Assembly (NCBI GenBank): GCA_963668675.2
Contig: CAXXMB010000002.1
Span: 416,001 to 480,000, forward strand
Origin: an uncultured Desulfatitalea sp.
Lineage (GTDB): Bacteria; Desulfobacterota; Desulfobacteria; Desulfobacterales; Desulfosarcinaceae
Direction of reading: 5' to 3'
DNA length: 64,000 bases
How positions within the stretch are numbered: the stretch's first letter is position 1; every line of letters begins with the position of its first letter. The translations under genes and the position numbers were made by a program. Below, piece after piece: positions 1-10,331 of this stretch. The notes beneath the pieces were generated by a model. The model was not told the origin of the DNA and searched no databases. It saw only the letters and a list, made by a program, of their open reading frames with translations.

Positions 1-588
1 GGCCGGTGGAACGATGCCCACGCAAAACACCCCCCCCAGAACCGGCAGGGCCGAGTAGAGCCCCCAGCGTGCGATGAGGAGCGTGGCCAGGGGCACCATG
101 ACGATACCGCCGATGCTCAAGCCGCACATCACCAGGCTCATCACCCGGCCACGCCTGAGAATGAACCAGTTTACCAACAGGGCATTGATCGGAACCATCG
201 AAGTGGAACTGTACCCGAACGCCATCAGCAGGTAGATGATGTACAGATGCCACAGGGCGGTAATGCGGCTCAGCAAGACGAAGGCCAGCCCCATGGTCAG
301 GGCGCCGAGCACCATCAGGCGCCGGGGACCGAAGCGATCGATCTGGCGGCCGATGAGCATGCCTACGACACCATTGGAGAAAAAATAGAAGGTCATGGCC
401 GTAGACACCGACCCCTTGGACCACCCGTGGGCGTGGCACAACGGGTCCAGCAGGACCCCCTGGCCGTAAAATCCCAGCCCGCTGGAGATGGTCAGGATCA
501 GGATGCCGGCCAGGCCGATCCACCAACCGTAAAAGACCCCCTGGCCAGGCTGCCCGCTGTTAGGAGCAGCTGCGCGATCAATCCCCAT
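1..588 (-). CDS. MFS transporter (5' part; runs off the window start)
   Basis: Manual translation from ATG at 588: MGIDRAAAPNSGQPGQGVFYGWWIGLAGILILTISSGLGFYGQGVLLDPL...; FYGW motif followed by hydrophobic helices; absent from the ORF track because it has no stop in the window. Confidence 0.85.
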   Translation of the reverse strand, partial: MGIDRAAAPNSGQPGQGVFYGWWIGLAGILILTISSGLGFYGQGVLLDPLCHAHGWSKGSVSTAMTFYFFSNGVVGMLIGRQIDRFGPRRLMVLGALTMGLAFVLLSRITALWHLYIIYLLMAFGYSSTSMVPINALLVNWFILRRGRVMSLVMCGLSIGGIVMVPLATLLIARWGLYSALPVLGGVFCVGIVPPA

Positions 589-827
589 AAGTGCAGTAAC
601 CTTTGAAAGAGGTTGGATAACAGCCTCTGTGTGGTTGGTGTTGTCTGGATCCAGACCCTCGATGGCGACATATGTACACCCTTGGAGTGATACCCTTTTG
701 CCCGCGTGCTGCGCAAGCACAAATCCGCTCTCTTGAATCCCTCCAAGAGAGGCTTAAATTCAGAACAGTTCTCTTTAAAGCCTAAGCAAGGTTTGTGTTC
801 TGCATCAACCCTTATGCAGATAAACGA

Positions 828-950
828 CTCCCCCCTTTTACAAAGGGGGGCCGGGGGGGATTTTGCTGGATTCGCAAAGCCTAAATTAATCGGTATTTCT
901 CCTAACCCCTTACAATCCCCCTAAATCCCCCTTTGGAAAAGGGGGACTTT
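828..950. repeat. Inverted doublet of CCCCCTTT-n-AAAGGGGG REP-like palindromic repeat
   Basis: Units at 828-863 and 914-950 in opposite orientation; family recurs at 5621, 26786 and 29555. Confidence 0.75.
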
Positions 951-1093
951 TCTGCTGAATCGCCAACGCTTCGATGCAGGCCAAGCTTATCTGCATTCCG
1001 GCTGCTTGAGCATTCCAGATAACCGTGACATTCAATTTTATGGGTGTTCGCCCTGTAAAGACTTTAAGATGAGTATCTCGGAGCACGAAAAGA

Positions 1094-1567
1094 ATGCGCA
1101 TTGAGCATCAGCATACATGGATCAGCCTCTTCCTGGCGACAATCGTCGGGATGATCTATGCCACCTGGCTATGGGTGGGGACATATCCCCCTATTCCCTT
1201 ACCAAGCCGAGACCCGTCTCCCGGATTCGGCTGGAGTTGGGATTTTAATTACCAGCAAGCAATGCGAGAACCCGACTTAACCCCGGAGGCTGCCATCAAC
1301 CGCCAGTCCGGCCTCCGCCCGGGCGAACTGATCCTGCCCCTTGGTGAACCCGTTCCGGTTGAAAACTTGAACCTCATCTACCGAGGATTGGCCGGTTCAG
1401 GCAACCCTCAGGTGGATGTGGTCATCCCGGCCCTTGACCCCGGTTACGCTTATCCAAAGGAGTTGAGTCCAACCGAAACAGGCAATGTCATGAGCTTGTA
1501 CGGCCAGCGGTTTGAGATTATGGGGATCACGAATGCAGTGCTTCGCTTGAAACATCTATCGCAGTGA
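1094..1567 (+). CDS. Hypothetical protein with N-terminal membrane anchor
   Basis: 157-aa ORF, GGAG upstream, hydrophobic segment WISLFLATIVGMIYATWLWVG. Confidence 0.65.
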   Translation: MRIEHQHTWISLFLATIVGMIYATWLWVGTYPPIPLPSRDPSPGFGWSWDFNYQQAMREPDLTPEAAINRQSGLRPGELILPLGEPVPVENLNLIYRGLAGSGNPQVDVVIPALDPGYAYPKELSPTETGNVMSLYGQRFEIMGITNAVLRLKHLSQ

Positions 1568-1616
1568 CATCAGCGCCCCGCTTTTCCACGTCCCGTAAGT
1601 CCGGGGGCGGCTTTCC

Positions 1617-3533
1617 TCAGCGTCTCTTTTTAAGAATCGGTTTGCTGTCCAGGCCATCCAGGATCTCAATCAGTCGGCGCTTGCGATGGTGCTCCTGCCT
1701 TAAGGTTTGCAGGTACATTTCCCATTCTGCCGTTTTCTTTTCCCTGTTCATCACCTTGGCGGCTTTTCGCAGGTATGTCGCCGCCCCCCGATAAGCACTG
1801 GGTTTGACTTGGGCGATCAGACTCTCCGCCATCCGTTTCCAGATGGCCACCGCCCGATCCGGGGCATAGGTTTCGACAGCCGCGGCAATAGAATTATCAT
1901 CCATGATAGAGATACCATAGCGGCTCTTGGGCTGCTGATCGTACCACCTCAGCACCTGGTCAGGCGCTTTCTCGAGAATGGCGATCTCGATCAGATCACC
2001 GATTAACGGAAATCGATTCCGCTGATCCGCCCCAGGCTGCTCCAGCCCGGATTCCGGCAGCGGCCAGCCCTTCTGTTGCCAGGGGAGTTCCCCCTTTTCA
2101 AGGTAGCTTAACAGATGACGGCGCACCTCTGCCCAAAGCTTGACCTTTTCAGCACTCTGTTTGCATTCCCTATAGCTGTTTTCGGAAGGACGGCGTACGA
2201 ACTCCTCGATTCGCATGGCCGCTACCACCGGCCAGTTCTTTTGACTCCTGCGAATCTCCTGGAGTTTGCTCCTCAGATGGGCCGCAATGCCGGACCACCT
2301 CTCTTTTGTGGCCTGAATGCCTTCCAGAATCCAAGACTCGGCATCGGCGTGACGGTTCTCCGCCATCAACATCCTGACCAGGCGCTCATAACTGGCTGTC
2401 GTACGGGCCTCGACCTCGCACAGAGGAACGATCTCATCTTTGCGGCCGGCATTCTCCAGCGCATGAATCGCCCAATTGCTGAGCTGATCGCGTTCATACC
2501 TCCAACTGAAACCGTCATCGCTCTTGTTTGATTTGAGCCCCTTTAAACGCCCGAGCAGCTGGTCTGCCAACACATTCCAAGCCGATTTGGAATGCTTTCG
2601 GCCCAAATAATCCGCAAACGCTTCACACAGGTCATATGAATCCCCAAGCACAACGTCCAAGGCCCAATTCAGCTTGTCAACAGCCGCCAGTGAGGATTTG
2701 TCCAGCGCCGTAATGATCACGGGCATGCAGGACCCAATTTCCATGGCTGTTTCGCCATCGTCGTCACTCATACCCACCTGCTCAGTGCCGACCGTGATCA
2801 ACTCTCGTCCCAGTGAAAGCACATCATCAATATGGCCCCCCTTGAGCAGTGTTTCCAATTTAGTTTGGATTCCGGAGTAGTCCGGCGTAAACCCCTCATC
2901 ACTCCAATGGCTTTGCCAGCCGGGTACATCCCCGATATCCCGGATTTCTCTTCGCAGGCGTGCCACCAGCGCCGTGGCGTTACCGGTGGTCAACTGCTGC
3001 CGGTCGGCAAGCTCCTGAGCCAGTTCAGGTAAAGCCTCGGCCAGTTCGTGGATCAGCTCGATAAGATGGGCCTTGGTTTTACCTTTCAGGAACGCATCGA
3101 TATCTCGCCTTAGCTCGTCCGTAATACCGGCCTCATCATCATCCGGATCGTCATCCCAGTCATCATCTTCCGGCTCCTCCAACAGCTCGATGCGTTCGTC
3201 ATCCGGTTTAACTTCGGGAATGCGTTTATTGCGCTCGATCTGCTGCAAGTACTCCAGCACCACTGCCACGCCATGCTTGCAATCCAGAGCATACGGACAG
3301 GTGCATTCGGATTCCAACAGATCGTCTGCATCCATCCTTACCCTGGTGGCATAACGCCTGGTCCCCGCCACCCAGGCAATCAGAGCGCCGTCGGCCGTTA
3401 TCGCCAGTTTGGAAACATGACCGTTGCGCTGATACGATTTACCCCGGGAAGCAATCTTTCCGCCGGCCCATAAGTTAATATCGTCCCAACTCAATTTTAA
3501 AAACTTGTTCGGTTGTGGTTTCTTTTTCGGCAT
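1617..3533 (-). CDS. SWIM zinc-finger domain protein
   Basis: CTCPYALDCKH SWIM motif, RGKSY N-terminal motif, long helical C-terminus; AGGAGG RBS before ATG at 3533. Confidence 0.88.
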   Translation of the reverse strand: MPKKKPQPNKFLKLSWDDINLWAGGKIASRGKSYQRNGHVSKLAITADGALIAWVAGTRRYATRVRMDADDLLESECTCPYALDCKHGVAVVLEYLQQIERNKRIPEVKPDDERIELLEEPEDDDWDDDPDDDEAGITDELRRDIDAFLKGKTKAHLIELIHELAEALPELAQELADRQQLTTGNATALVARLRREIRDIGDVPGWQSHWSDEGFTPDYSGIQTKLETLLKGGHIDDVLSLGRELITVGTEQVGMSDDDGETAMEIGSCMPVIITALDKSSLAAVDKLNWALDVVLGDSYDLCEAFADYLGRKHSKSAWNVLADQLLGRLKGLKSNKSDDGFSWRYERDQLSNWAIHALENAGRKDEIVPLCEVEARTTASYERLVRMLMAENRHADAESWILEGIQATKERWSGIAAHLRSKLQEIRRSQKNWPVVAAMRIEEFVRRPSENSYRECKQSAEKVKLWAEVRRHLLSYLEKGELPWQQKGWPLPESGLEQPGADQRNRFPLIGDLIEIAILEKAPDQVLRWYDQQPKSRYGISIMDDNSIAAAVETYAPDRAVAIWKRMAESLIAQVKPSAYRGAATYLRKAAKVMNREKKTAEWEMYLQTLRQEHHRKRRLIEILDGLDSKPILKKRR

Positions 3534-3657
3534 GGTTCGCCTCCTAATTGACTTGCCTGGATGCTTTGAAAAAGTGACGGGAAACGGCCGGATTTGAAAA
3601 CTGCTCATTCAGTTGCGCGATGTTCATTTGACCTCCTCAATTGTGGGTTTTGAGGAG

Positions 3658-3690
3658 ATCTTAACGCATCACTGTGACAGATACGGTCAC
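3658..3690 (-). promoter_or_regulatory. Putative operator/promoter box upstream of the SWIM gene (TGAC-N7-GTCA plus -10-like TAAGAT)
   Basis: 25/33 identical to 26008-26040 upstream of yhaO. Confidence 0.55.
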
Positions 3691-3949
3691 AACGGCTTTA
3701 TTTTTTCAGATAGGCCCGTAATAAAATGTGCTTTTTAAAAGATCGGCACAGTAATTAGAGGACGATATCCGATAGCCCCAAACCCGCCGAAACCCCCCGC
3801 AGACAGAACACGCCAAGCGAGGATTCCAATAATGGCTCTATGTTGATGGCCACGCCAATAATCTTCTTGCCTTGGCACAGACGGCGGAGACGCAGTCGAT
3901 GATATTGAGTCAGCGAGGATTTATTGCTGCGTATCTCTTTTCAGCTTCT

Positions 3950-4027
3950 TCAACAGTGCAGCAACTCGGTCATTTCGTCTTGAATGATGCTCCAGAGCGT
4001 GTCGTTGTCGATACCAAGATAGCCGTG
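3950..4027 (-). pseudogene. C-terminal remnant of a DUF86/HepT-like HEPN toxin
   Basis: Translates as HGYLGIDNDTLWSIIQDEMTELL; no N-terminal part present. Confidence 0.6.
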
Positions 4028-4034
4028 GTTTTAT

Positions 4035-5324
4035 TCACCCCTTTTTCGCCACTATCAATAACCCCTTGACCTCATCTCCGGACTGCTTCCTGATCGTGGA
4101 TTCGGTTGCGCGAACCGATTCCATCCCATGGTCCCTCAGGCAATTCTCGATGTACGTCTGTGAATGGGCATAACGCCCGCTCGGAAAGAGTCGGTAACCG
4201 GTGCGGTTGTCTTCCAGCTTTTCCACCGAAAAAGCAACGATCCCTCCAGGAACAAGAAATGACGATGCCGATCGAAGGATCGGATCCAGATTCCCGAAAT
4301 AGACAAACACGTCCGAGCTGTAGATGAGATCAAACGGACGGGAGAACGGCCATTCCTGAAGGATGTCACAGGCGATGAGACCGTCATAGGTGTTTTTCTC
4401 CGAAGCCTTCCTGAGCATCTTTAACGACACATCGATACCGAGAAGTAATTTTGCATACGACCGATAGAATTGTGACCCCAGACCGGTGCCGCAGCCCAGG
4501 TCCAGTGCCGCCATCTCTTTGCCCAGATAGGGCCGCACAAGATTGAAAAGCAGTTCAGGGGTTTTGTACTCCAGGTCTTTCACCAAGGTTTTTTCAAAAA
4601 TCCCGGCACACTGATCAAAGATCCTGCGTACGTGCCGTGCCGGGACAGCATCGGGCGTCGCCGATCTCCCCAGGCTCTGAAGCATGAATTTTGCCGCCTC
4701 GTCATCCGGGTTGATCGCCAGCACCTTGTTGTAATGGTCCTCAGCCTCCGAAAATCGCCCAAGCTTTTGCAAAGAGACCCCGAGATTGAAGTGGGCGGAC
4801 GCATAATCAGGCTGAAGCTCAATGGCCTTCTGGTAGGACGTTGCGGCATTTTCGATCAAGTGGAACTCATCCTGCGCCACACCCAGGTTGTTCCAGGCCT
4901 CTGCCAGGTCAGGTGCGAACGCCACGGCCCTGCGAAAACAGGAGATCGCTTCATCCGGCTCCCCGATTTCCCGGTATGCCACCCCTAAATTGTTCCATAC
5001 CAGACCCAATCGGGGCTGCTGATCGACGATGGCCCTGTAAATAGCGATGGCGCCCGTGTGGTCATTCTCCACCTGCTTGAGCCGACCCAGATTATAGCAT
5101 GCCGACAAATCGGGAGGCTTCAGACTGGCCGCTTTTTCAAAGAACGCCCTGGCCTTATCCGGTTTGGACCGGTCTAAAAAAAGGGTTCCCAGGGCATTCA
5201 GCACCGGCCCTGAATCGGGCGCTTCTTTCAATATATCCAGATAGGCTTTTTCCGCCTCTGCAAACCGGCCCTCCTTGAGGGCCAAAGTCGCTTTCTGATA
5301 GATGCATTCGATATCGGTTTTCAT
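4035..5324 (-). CDS. TPR-repeat protein with C-terminal class I SAM-dependent methyltransferase
   Basis: Several TPR units (AEAWNNLG, SAHFNLG); LDLGCGTG SAM motif; SSDVFVYFG; SGRYAHS. Confidence 0.9.
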   Translation of the reverse strand: MKTDIECIYQKATLALKEGRFAEAEKAYLDILKEAPDSGPVLNALGTLFLDRSKPDKARAFFEKAASLKPPDLSACYNLGRLKQVENDHTGAIAIYRAIVDQQPRLGLVWNNLGVAYREIGEPDEAISCFRRAVAFAPDLAEAWNNLGVAQDEFHLIENAATSYQKAIELQPDYASAHFNLGVSLQKLGRFSEAEDHYNKVLAINPDDEAAKFMLQSLGRSATPDAVPARHVRRIFDQCAGIFEKTLVKDLEYKTPELLFNLVRPYLGKEMAALDLGCGTGLGSQFYRSYAKLLLGIDVSLKMLRKASEKNTYDGLIACDILQEWPFSRPFDLIYSSDVFVYFGNLDPILRSASSFLVPGGIVAFSVEKLEDNRTGYRLFPSGRYAHSQTYIENCLRDHGMESVRATESTIRKQSGDEVKGLLIVAKKG

Positions 5325-5620
5325 CTCTTTTTAAATGATTGTATTGTTTTTGTGAGCGGATCAAGCTTCGCATTTATTGACCATGTACTGCCTTTTGAAT
5401 CCAAAGCACATCTTCCTCCGACAGGTCCGGTGCCTTTAAATGCTCCTTGGCTGCTGCCGCGAATGTTAAAAACAAGGGATACCATGCCCAATCTATCTGC
5501 AAATATCAATAAAACACGGGGTAACTGGCGGCGGTCAACTATCTGGAGAACCCCTTGTTTGGTGTCGTACAAGCCGATTACCATGTGTTGGGCTTCCCAT
5601 GAATAGATGAGAACGTTAAG

Positions 5621-5653
5621 CTCCTCCCTTTTCTAAAGGGGGCTGGGGGGATT
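5621..5653. repeat. CCCTTT-n-AAAGGGGG REP-like repeat
   Basis: CTCCCTTTTCTAAAGGGGGCTGGGGGGATT; same family as 828-950. Confidence 0.6.
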
Positions 5654-5674
5654 GTATCACGCACAAATCAGGCA

Positions 5675-6403
5675 TTATTCCATCGCCACTCCGAACAGTT
5701 GCACGCAGCACAACTTGCCCATGCCCGACGACGTCGGGCTGATAGCACATCCGGCGCCGGATTGGATGGGGTATTTGGAAAGAATGTTCTGGCGGTGCCC
5801 CTCGGAGGCCATCCATTCATCCATCAGCGAAACGGCAAAGGAGCGGTAGGTGTGATGGGCGATGGGCGGGCCATCGGGGGTGGTGCTGAAACCGCCGCCG
5901 TTTTCCCTCGGCACCCTGTAAAGCGGGGCCCCAGACTGGTAATGGATGTCGAAATGAGTGGCGATGTTTTCAGAGATGAACATGGGGTTGAACCCAACCG
6001 AAAGCACTCGTTCTTTGGGTGTCCTCAAATCGGCCCGACCGGGATTGACGTGATCGAAAAATTGATCCCGGACCATGCTTACGGCATGGAGAAGGGCCGC
6101 CCGGTCCAGGCGGGCATCGTGCCGTAAAGGGCTTCTGCCGGCCTGCTGTCGCCGCACATTGGCCTCATGAAAAAGCGTCGCCGCCAGCAGGGTCTGGTCC
6201 ATGCGCCGCGAATCCAGGCGCTGTTCGGCCACCCCCAACCCCTGGAATTCTCCGGCCGACAATTCGAACAATTGTGATGGCTTCCGGGGCTTGACCGTGG
6301 CGGGCCTGGCCGGCGGCGATGGGGGTTGATAAGCACAGGCCGTTAAACCGATGACGACCAATCCCACCATAATTGTGAATGATTTTTTCAATGACAGCGA
6401 CAT
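5675..6403 (-). CDS. CAP (SCP-like) domain lipoprotein
   Basis: Lipobox LTAC; motifs AALLHAVSM, FFDH, ENIA, WMASEGHRQNIL. Confidence 0.88.
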   Translation of the reverse strand: MSLSLKKSFTIMVGLVVIGLTACAYQPPSPPARPATVKPRKPSQLFELSAGEFQGLGVAEQRLDSRRMDQTLLAATLFHEANVRRQQAGRSPLRHDARLDRAALLHAVSMVRDQFFDHVNPGRADLRTPKERVLSVGFNPMFISENIATHFDIHYQSGAPLYRVPRENGGGFSTTPDGPPIAHHTYRSFAVSLMDEWMASEGHRQNILSKYPIQSGAGCAISPTSSGMGKLCCVQLFGVAME

Positions 6404-6635
6404 GGGCTTCTCTTATTCGGGTAAAGGCTTGCAGCACTCTATAAGATAACTGCGTCAGCGGCAATCTGAAAGACACCCAAATCCAGACCGGTACATCAGA
6501 TCACAAAATGGTTATGAACCATCCCATCCGACCTTGTCATGCTTGGCCAAATCCTGAATGGTTGTCAACATGCCGATAGCCGTGAATACCAAATCCGTGA
6601 TAGAGCATAGATTGAAACCTGTAGCGAGGGCGAAT

Positions 6636-7607
6636 ATGAAGACTTTTCAGCAAGAGTGCCTGCAGATCGTTTCAGAAGTTCAGCAATTACTTTCAGAGAA
6701 CCCCGAATGGGTTGATCGGTATGCCGGTTATGCAAATGCCATCGAGACCAACCTTGATAGAATCATATCCATGAAGAAAAGGTTTAATGAATGGTCTCCA
6801 CTCTATTTGTATACAAACCTCTCGAAAGCCAAAGGGGATATGAGTTTCAGCCTGCGCTATCAGGGACAAGAGGTGGCCACATTGAAAGCCGGCTCAAAAC
6901 AGATCAGAATCTCAACGAAAACGTTCGATGAAAAAAATCAGAGAGATTTTCAATGCGACCCACTGAGCGATACGGACTGGAGATCAGCAGAGGCAACAAA
7001 ATTCAGACAACATTTTTCAACTTTCCCAAAGAGAACCAATAAATCCGGTAAAAAGAATGAAGAACATAGAATCGAAAGCACGCTATTATCTGAGTTTTCA
7101 AAGCGCCGCAGCGAAAATAAGATATTGACCAATATCCAGCCTGTGAAAATAGCCGGTATCGCAAGATTTCAAATGCCGACACCGATCAGCGGCAGTCATA
7201 TCCGCCAGTTGAAATATTCAGGTGGTTCCGGTGGCGGTATTGACATCCTGTCCCGCATAGGAGCCGGAAATGCCACGAAGCTTTGTATCATGGAAGTAAA
7301 AGACGAAAACGTAACCAAAGAACCCCCAATCAAGGCAATCAAACAGGCACTGGCCTACGCGACCTTTATCCGTGAGCTATTGAAAAGCAGAAGCGGCGAA
7401 CAGTGGTGGAAATTATTCGGGTTTAACAGAAAGCGGCCGGATTCCTTAGACTTGGGGGTTGCCTGCGTGATGCCTTCGAATCAGAACGATGACACATCCT
7501 TTGGGGGAATGAAAATCGAGGCTGAAAAAGATATCTTTTCTTTGCATTATCTCTACTTCGAAGAGAAAGAGTGCCGGATCAAAGATATCAAGTCGTCCTT
7601 ATCATAA
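6636..7607 (+). CDS. Putative PD-(D/E)XK (restriction endonuclease-like) nuclease
   Basis: Motif order EHRIES ... GGIDIL ... IMEVKD ... KQALAY; GAGGG RBS before ATG at 6636. Confidence 0.7.
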   Translation: MKTFQQECLQIVSEVQQLLSENPEWVDRYAGYANAIETNLDRIISMKKRFNEWSPLYLYTNLSKAKGDMSFSLRYQGQEVATLKAGSKQIRISTKTFDEKNQRDFQCDPLSDTDWRSAEATKFRQHFSTFPKRTNKSGKKNEEHRIESTLLSEFSKRRSENKILTNIQPVKIAGIARFQMPTPISGSHIRQLKYSGGSGGGIDILSRIGAGNATKLCIMEVKDENVTKEPPIKAIKQALAYATFIRELLKSRSGEQWWKLFGFNRKRPDSLDLGVACVMPSNQNDDTSFGGMKIEAEKDIFSLHYLYFEEKECRIKDIKSSLS

Positions 7608-7621
7608 GACTGGAAATCACC

Positions 7622-8863
7622 ATGCAACTGATCATCCACCGGGGGACCAGGGAAATAGGCGGCACTGTTATTGAGCTGCGCACGAATCGAACCAGGCTTC
7701 TGGTCGATATCGGCCAACCCCTCAACACAAATAGCGCACCGGTTGATGTTTCCACCCTGAAACCTGATGCCGCCCTGATCAGCCATCCCCATCAGGACCA
7801 TTACGGCCTGATCGATCAGCTCGATCCTTCAGTGCCGGTCTACATGGGAGCGTTGAGCAAACAGCTGATTTCAGCCACCCGCATATTTCTGCACCAAAAG
7901 CTTCCCGATCACGACATGAACCATTTTGAAAAATGGCGACCGTTCACCATCGGGGATATGACCATCACCCCCTATCTAATGGACCACTCGGCTACGGACG
8001 CCTACGCATTCCTGATCGAAGCCGAAGGCAAACGCATCTTTTACAGCGGTGATTTCCGTGCCAGCGGTAACAAAGCATTTTTATTCAACAGGCTGCTGCA
8101 GGATCCTCCCCGAAACGTCGATCTGCTGCTGCTTGAAGGCACGATGATGCGGCGCAGCAGTGATCAATTCCCTGACGAAGCCTCGGTGCGTCGCAAAATC
8201 GAAGCCATATTAAAAGATCAGGAAAATATCGCTTTCCTGATCGCATCCTCCCAGAATATCGATCGCCTGGTTTCCGCCACACACGCATGCGAGCGCACAG
8301 AAAAAATCCTGGTGATCGATATCTATACCGCCTGGGTGCTCGAGTTGGTCAGCCAAATCTCCACCAGAGTTGCCACCATGGAACACGATCAAGTCAACGT
8401 GTACGCCGACCACAGCATGGACCAGTGTGTGAAGAACAATCCCGGCATCTTTGGCAATTTCCGCAAACGACTTTACCGGCAACGGGTGACCAAAGAAAAA
8501 CTAAATGCCGACCCAGCCGGCTATCTCTGCTATTCTAAAATGTCCCGTTTCAGAACCATGGACTTATATAAACGATACGGCCCGATCAATTTGATCTATT
8601 CCCAATGGTTGGGCTACCTGAATCTGAAAAACGATACGTACTTCGGCGCCGAACAGGTTGCCGCCTTCCAAGCCGATCCCCAAGTTAATTTCACCTATGC
8701 CCATACTACGGGACACGCTACAGTGGAAACGCTTGCTCAGTTAGAAAGGTGCCTACAGCCCGGCCTCACAGTCCCGGTACATACCGAATATCCCCAGGAC
8801 TACTCAAAGTACTTTTCGCGGGTGACGCCCCTGAAGGATGGCGAACCATTCGAGTTGCTTTGA
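7622..8863 (+). CDS. MBL-fold beta-CASP (RNase J-like) metallo-hydrolase
   Basis: HRGTREIGG, HPHQDH, DHS, YSGDFR, LLEGT, HTTGHA and PVH motifs; starts 14 bp after the nuclease stop. Confidence 0.9.
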   Translation: MQLIIHRGTREIGGTVIELRTNRTRLLVDIGQPLNTNSAPVDVSTLKPDAALISHPHQDHYGLIDQLDPSVPVYMGALSKQLISATRIFLHQKLPDHDMNHFEKWRPFTIGDMTITPYLMDHSATDAYAFLIEAEGKRIFYSGDFRASGNKAFLFNRLLQDPPRNVDLLLLEGTMMRRSSDQFPDEASVRRKIEAILKDQENIAFLIASSQNIDRLVSATHACERTEKILVIDIYTAWVLELVSQISTRVATMEHDQVNVYADHSMDQCVKNNPGIFGNFRKRLYRQRVTKEKLNADPAGYLCYSKMSRFRTMDLYKRYGPINLIYSQWLGYLNLKNDTYFGAEQVAAFQADPQVNFTYAHTTGHATVETLAQLERCLQPGLTVPVHTEYPQDYSKYFSRVTPLKDGEPFELL

Positions 8864-9168
8864 TAAGGGAGGTGGCGTATCCATCGGTTGCTTGTTTCAC
8901 GGCAATTAACCAACCAAAAAAATGGAAAGAACACATACACCATGAGCCAAGCAGTGTATGTCTACAAGTTCAAATAATATCGACCCTATATACTTAGACT
9001 GAGAAAAGCACAAAATCATGACTGTCCCCATTTTCCCCAATGAAAGGAAATAGATAAATTATCAAGTAGGCTCTTGGCAGTTGGCACAAACGGGCCTCAA
9101 AGGGATGGGAATGCCTTCTTTTCAGACTTGCTGTTTAGTAGCCTATAGGTGTGTATTTTTTCTCAAAC

Positions 9169-10331
9169 TCAAATACTTTGAACTTCCGTCCAGACTTTGC
9201 TCCATGCAATCCGCTCTTGTTCAAGACGAACATTGAATCCCCACTGGTTACGCTTTAGCCCGTAGTAAACGAATTGCTCATCATCTGTTAGATTTGAAAG
9301 TGCCTCGGCTGAATGTTGCTGTTTTTCTTCGACCCACAATTCTTTGTTACTGAGCAGGGTTTTTTGATTCATCAAAATTGATTTCAGGCGGGGTAAATAT
9401 GTTCGGGCACGATTCAGGATGGCGAAGCCATGCGTGTCGATGTCTCCCCAATAAATGCATGAAATATCATTGAGCCATTTGACTTGAGCCAGCTGATCTA
9501 CACCATACCCCAAACCCATAAACACAACCGCATTTGACAATTCATCAAAAGCCAATCCGGTCTGTAGGTTCTCGACGACGTAAACATATTGAACGGGAAA
9601 CGCGAGGTTAGCAATCTCTTCGATTGGGGCCGTTATGTCGCCCAGCCCACCGACATATTCCCGCAACAACGGATCGAGGATTCGCATCCGGACTAAGTGG
9701 GGGAAAGGACGCAACCCGCAAATCTGAAAAATATCCTTTCCCACGGGGTCCATTTCCCTAAGCGTTGCCACCAGGTCTGAGATCAGTCCGCGGCGATTTT
9801 CCATCCACTTGCTATCTATCCCGGTGATAGGCAATTGGCGGGGATAAAGATAAGTACACGGATGTTCATTCAGCCAAACCAGCAAAGATTCCAACCGCAT
9901 GAAATCCGCGTCGGGATAATCGGCAAGCACGTCGAAATGCCGCGTGAGCGTGTCAGTCAGGATAGGCCACCGACTACACAAGCGCTGAAACCGATCACGT
10001 GCTGAACGCCACCGGCTTGCTCCCCCAGCCATGCAGCCACATCGTCAGGTGATTGGAATAGCAGGCGTTCAAGCAGACGCTGTGTGCCTAAGTTGCGCCA
10101 GCGGCGTTCCTGCCATCCCAAGGTACCTATACCGTGCCACTGCCGCCATGCGTCTACCCAGGTTCGCACATAATCGATCTGCCGTTCAGCTTGACTCTCG
10201 CTAAGGTGACCCAGCGTGATCACCAGTGGCCACTCGCCTGCGCCTGCAATCCAACGCCGCTTATTTCTATTGTACTTTCCGTGAAGTATTTTGCTAACGG
10301 CATCAGGAAACAGCAATGATTTTGTCGTCAC
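9169..10331 (-). pseudogene. jetD: Wadjet JetD (DUF3322 + DUF2220 Toprim nuclease), split by a 1-nt frameshift near 10020-10027
   Basis: N-part 9957-10331 and C-part 9169-10032 in different frames; C-part has VVEN, YWGDIDTHGFAIL and RLEQERI; follows jetABC. Confidence 0.85.
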
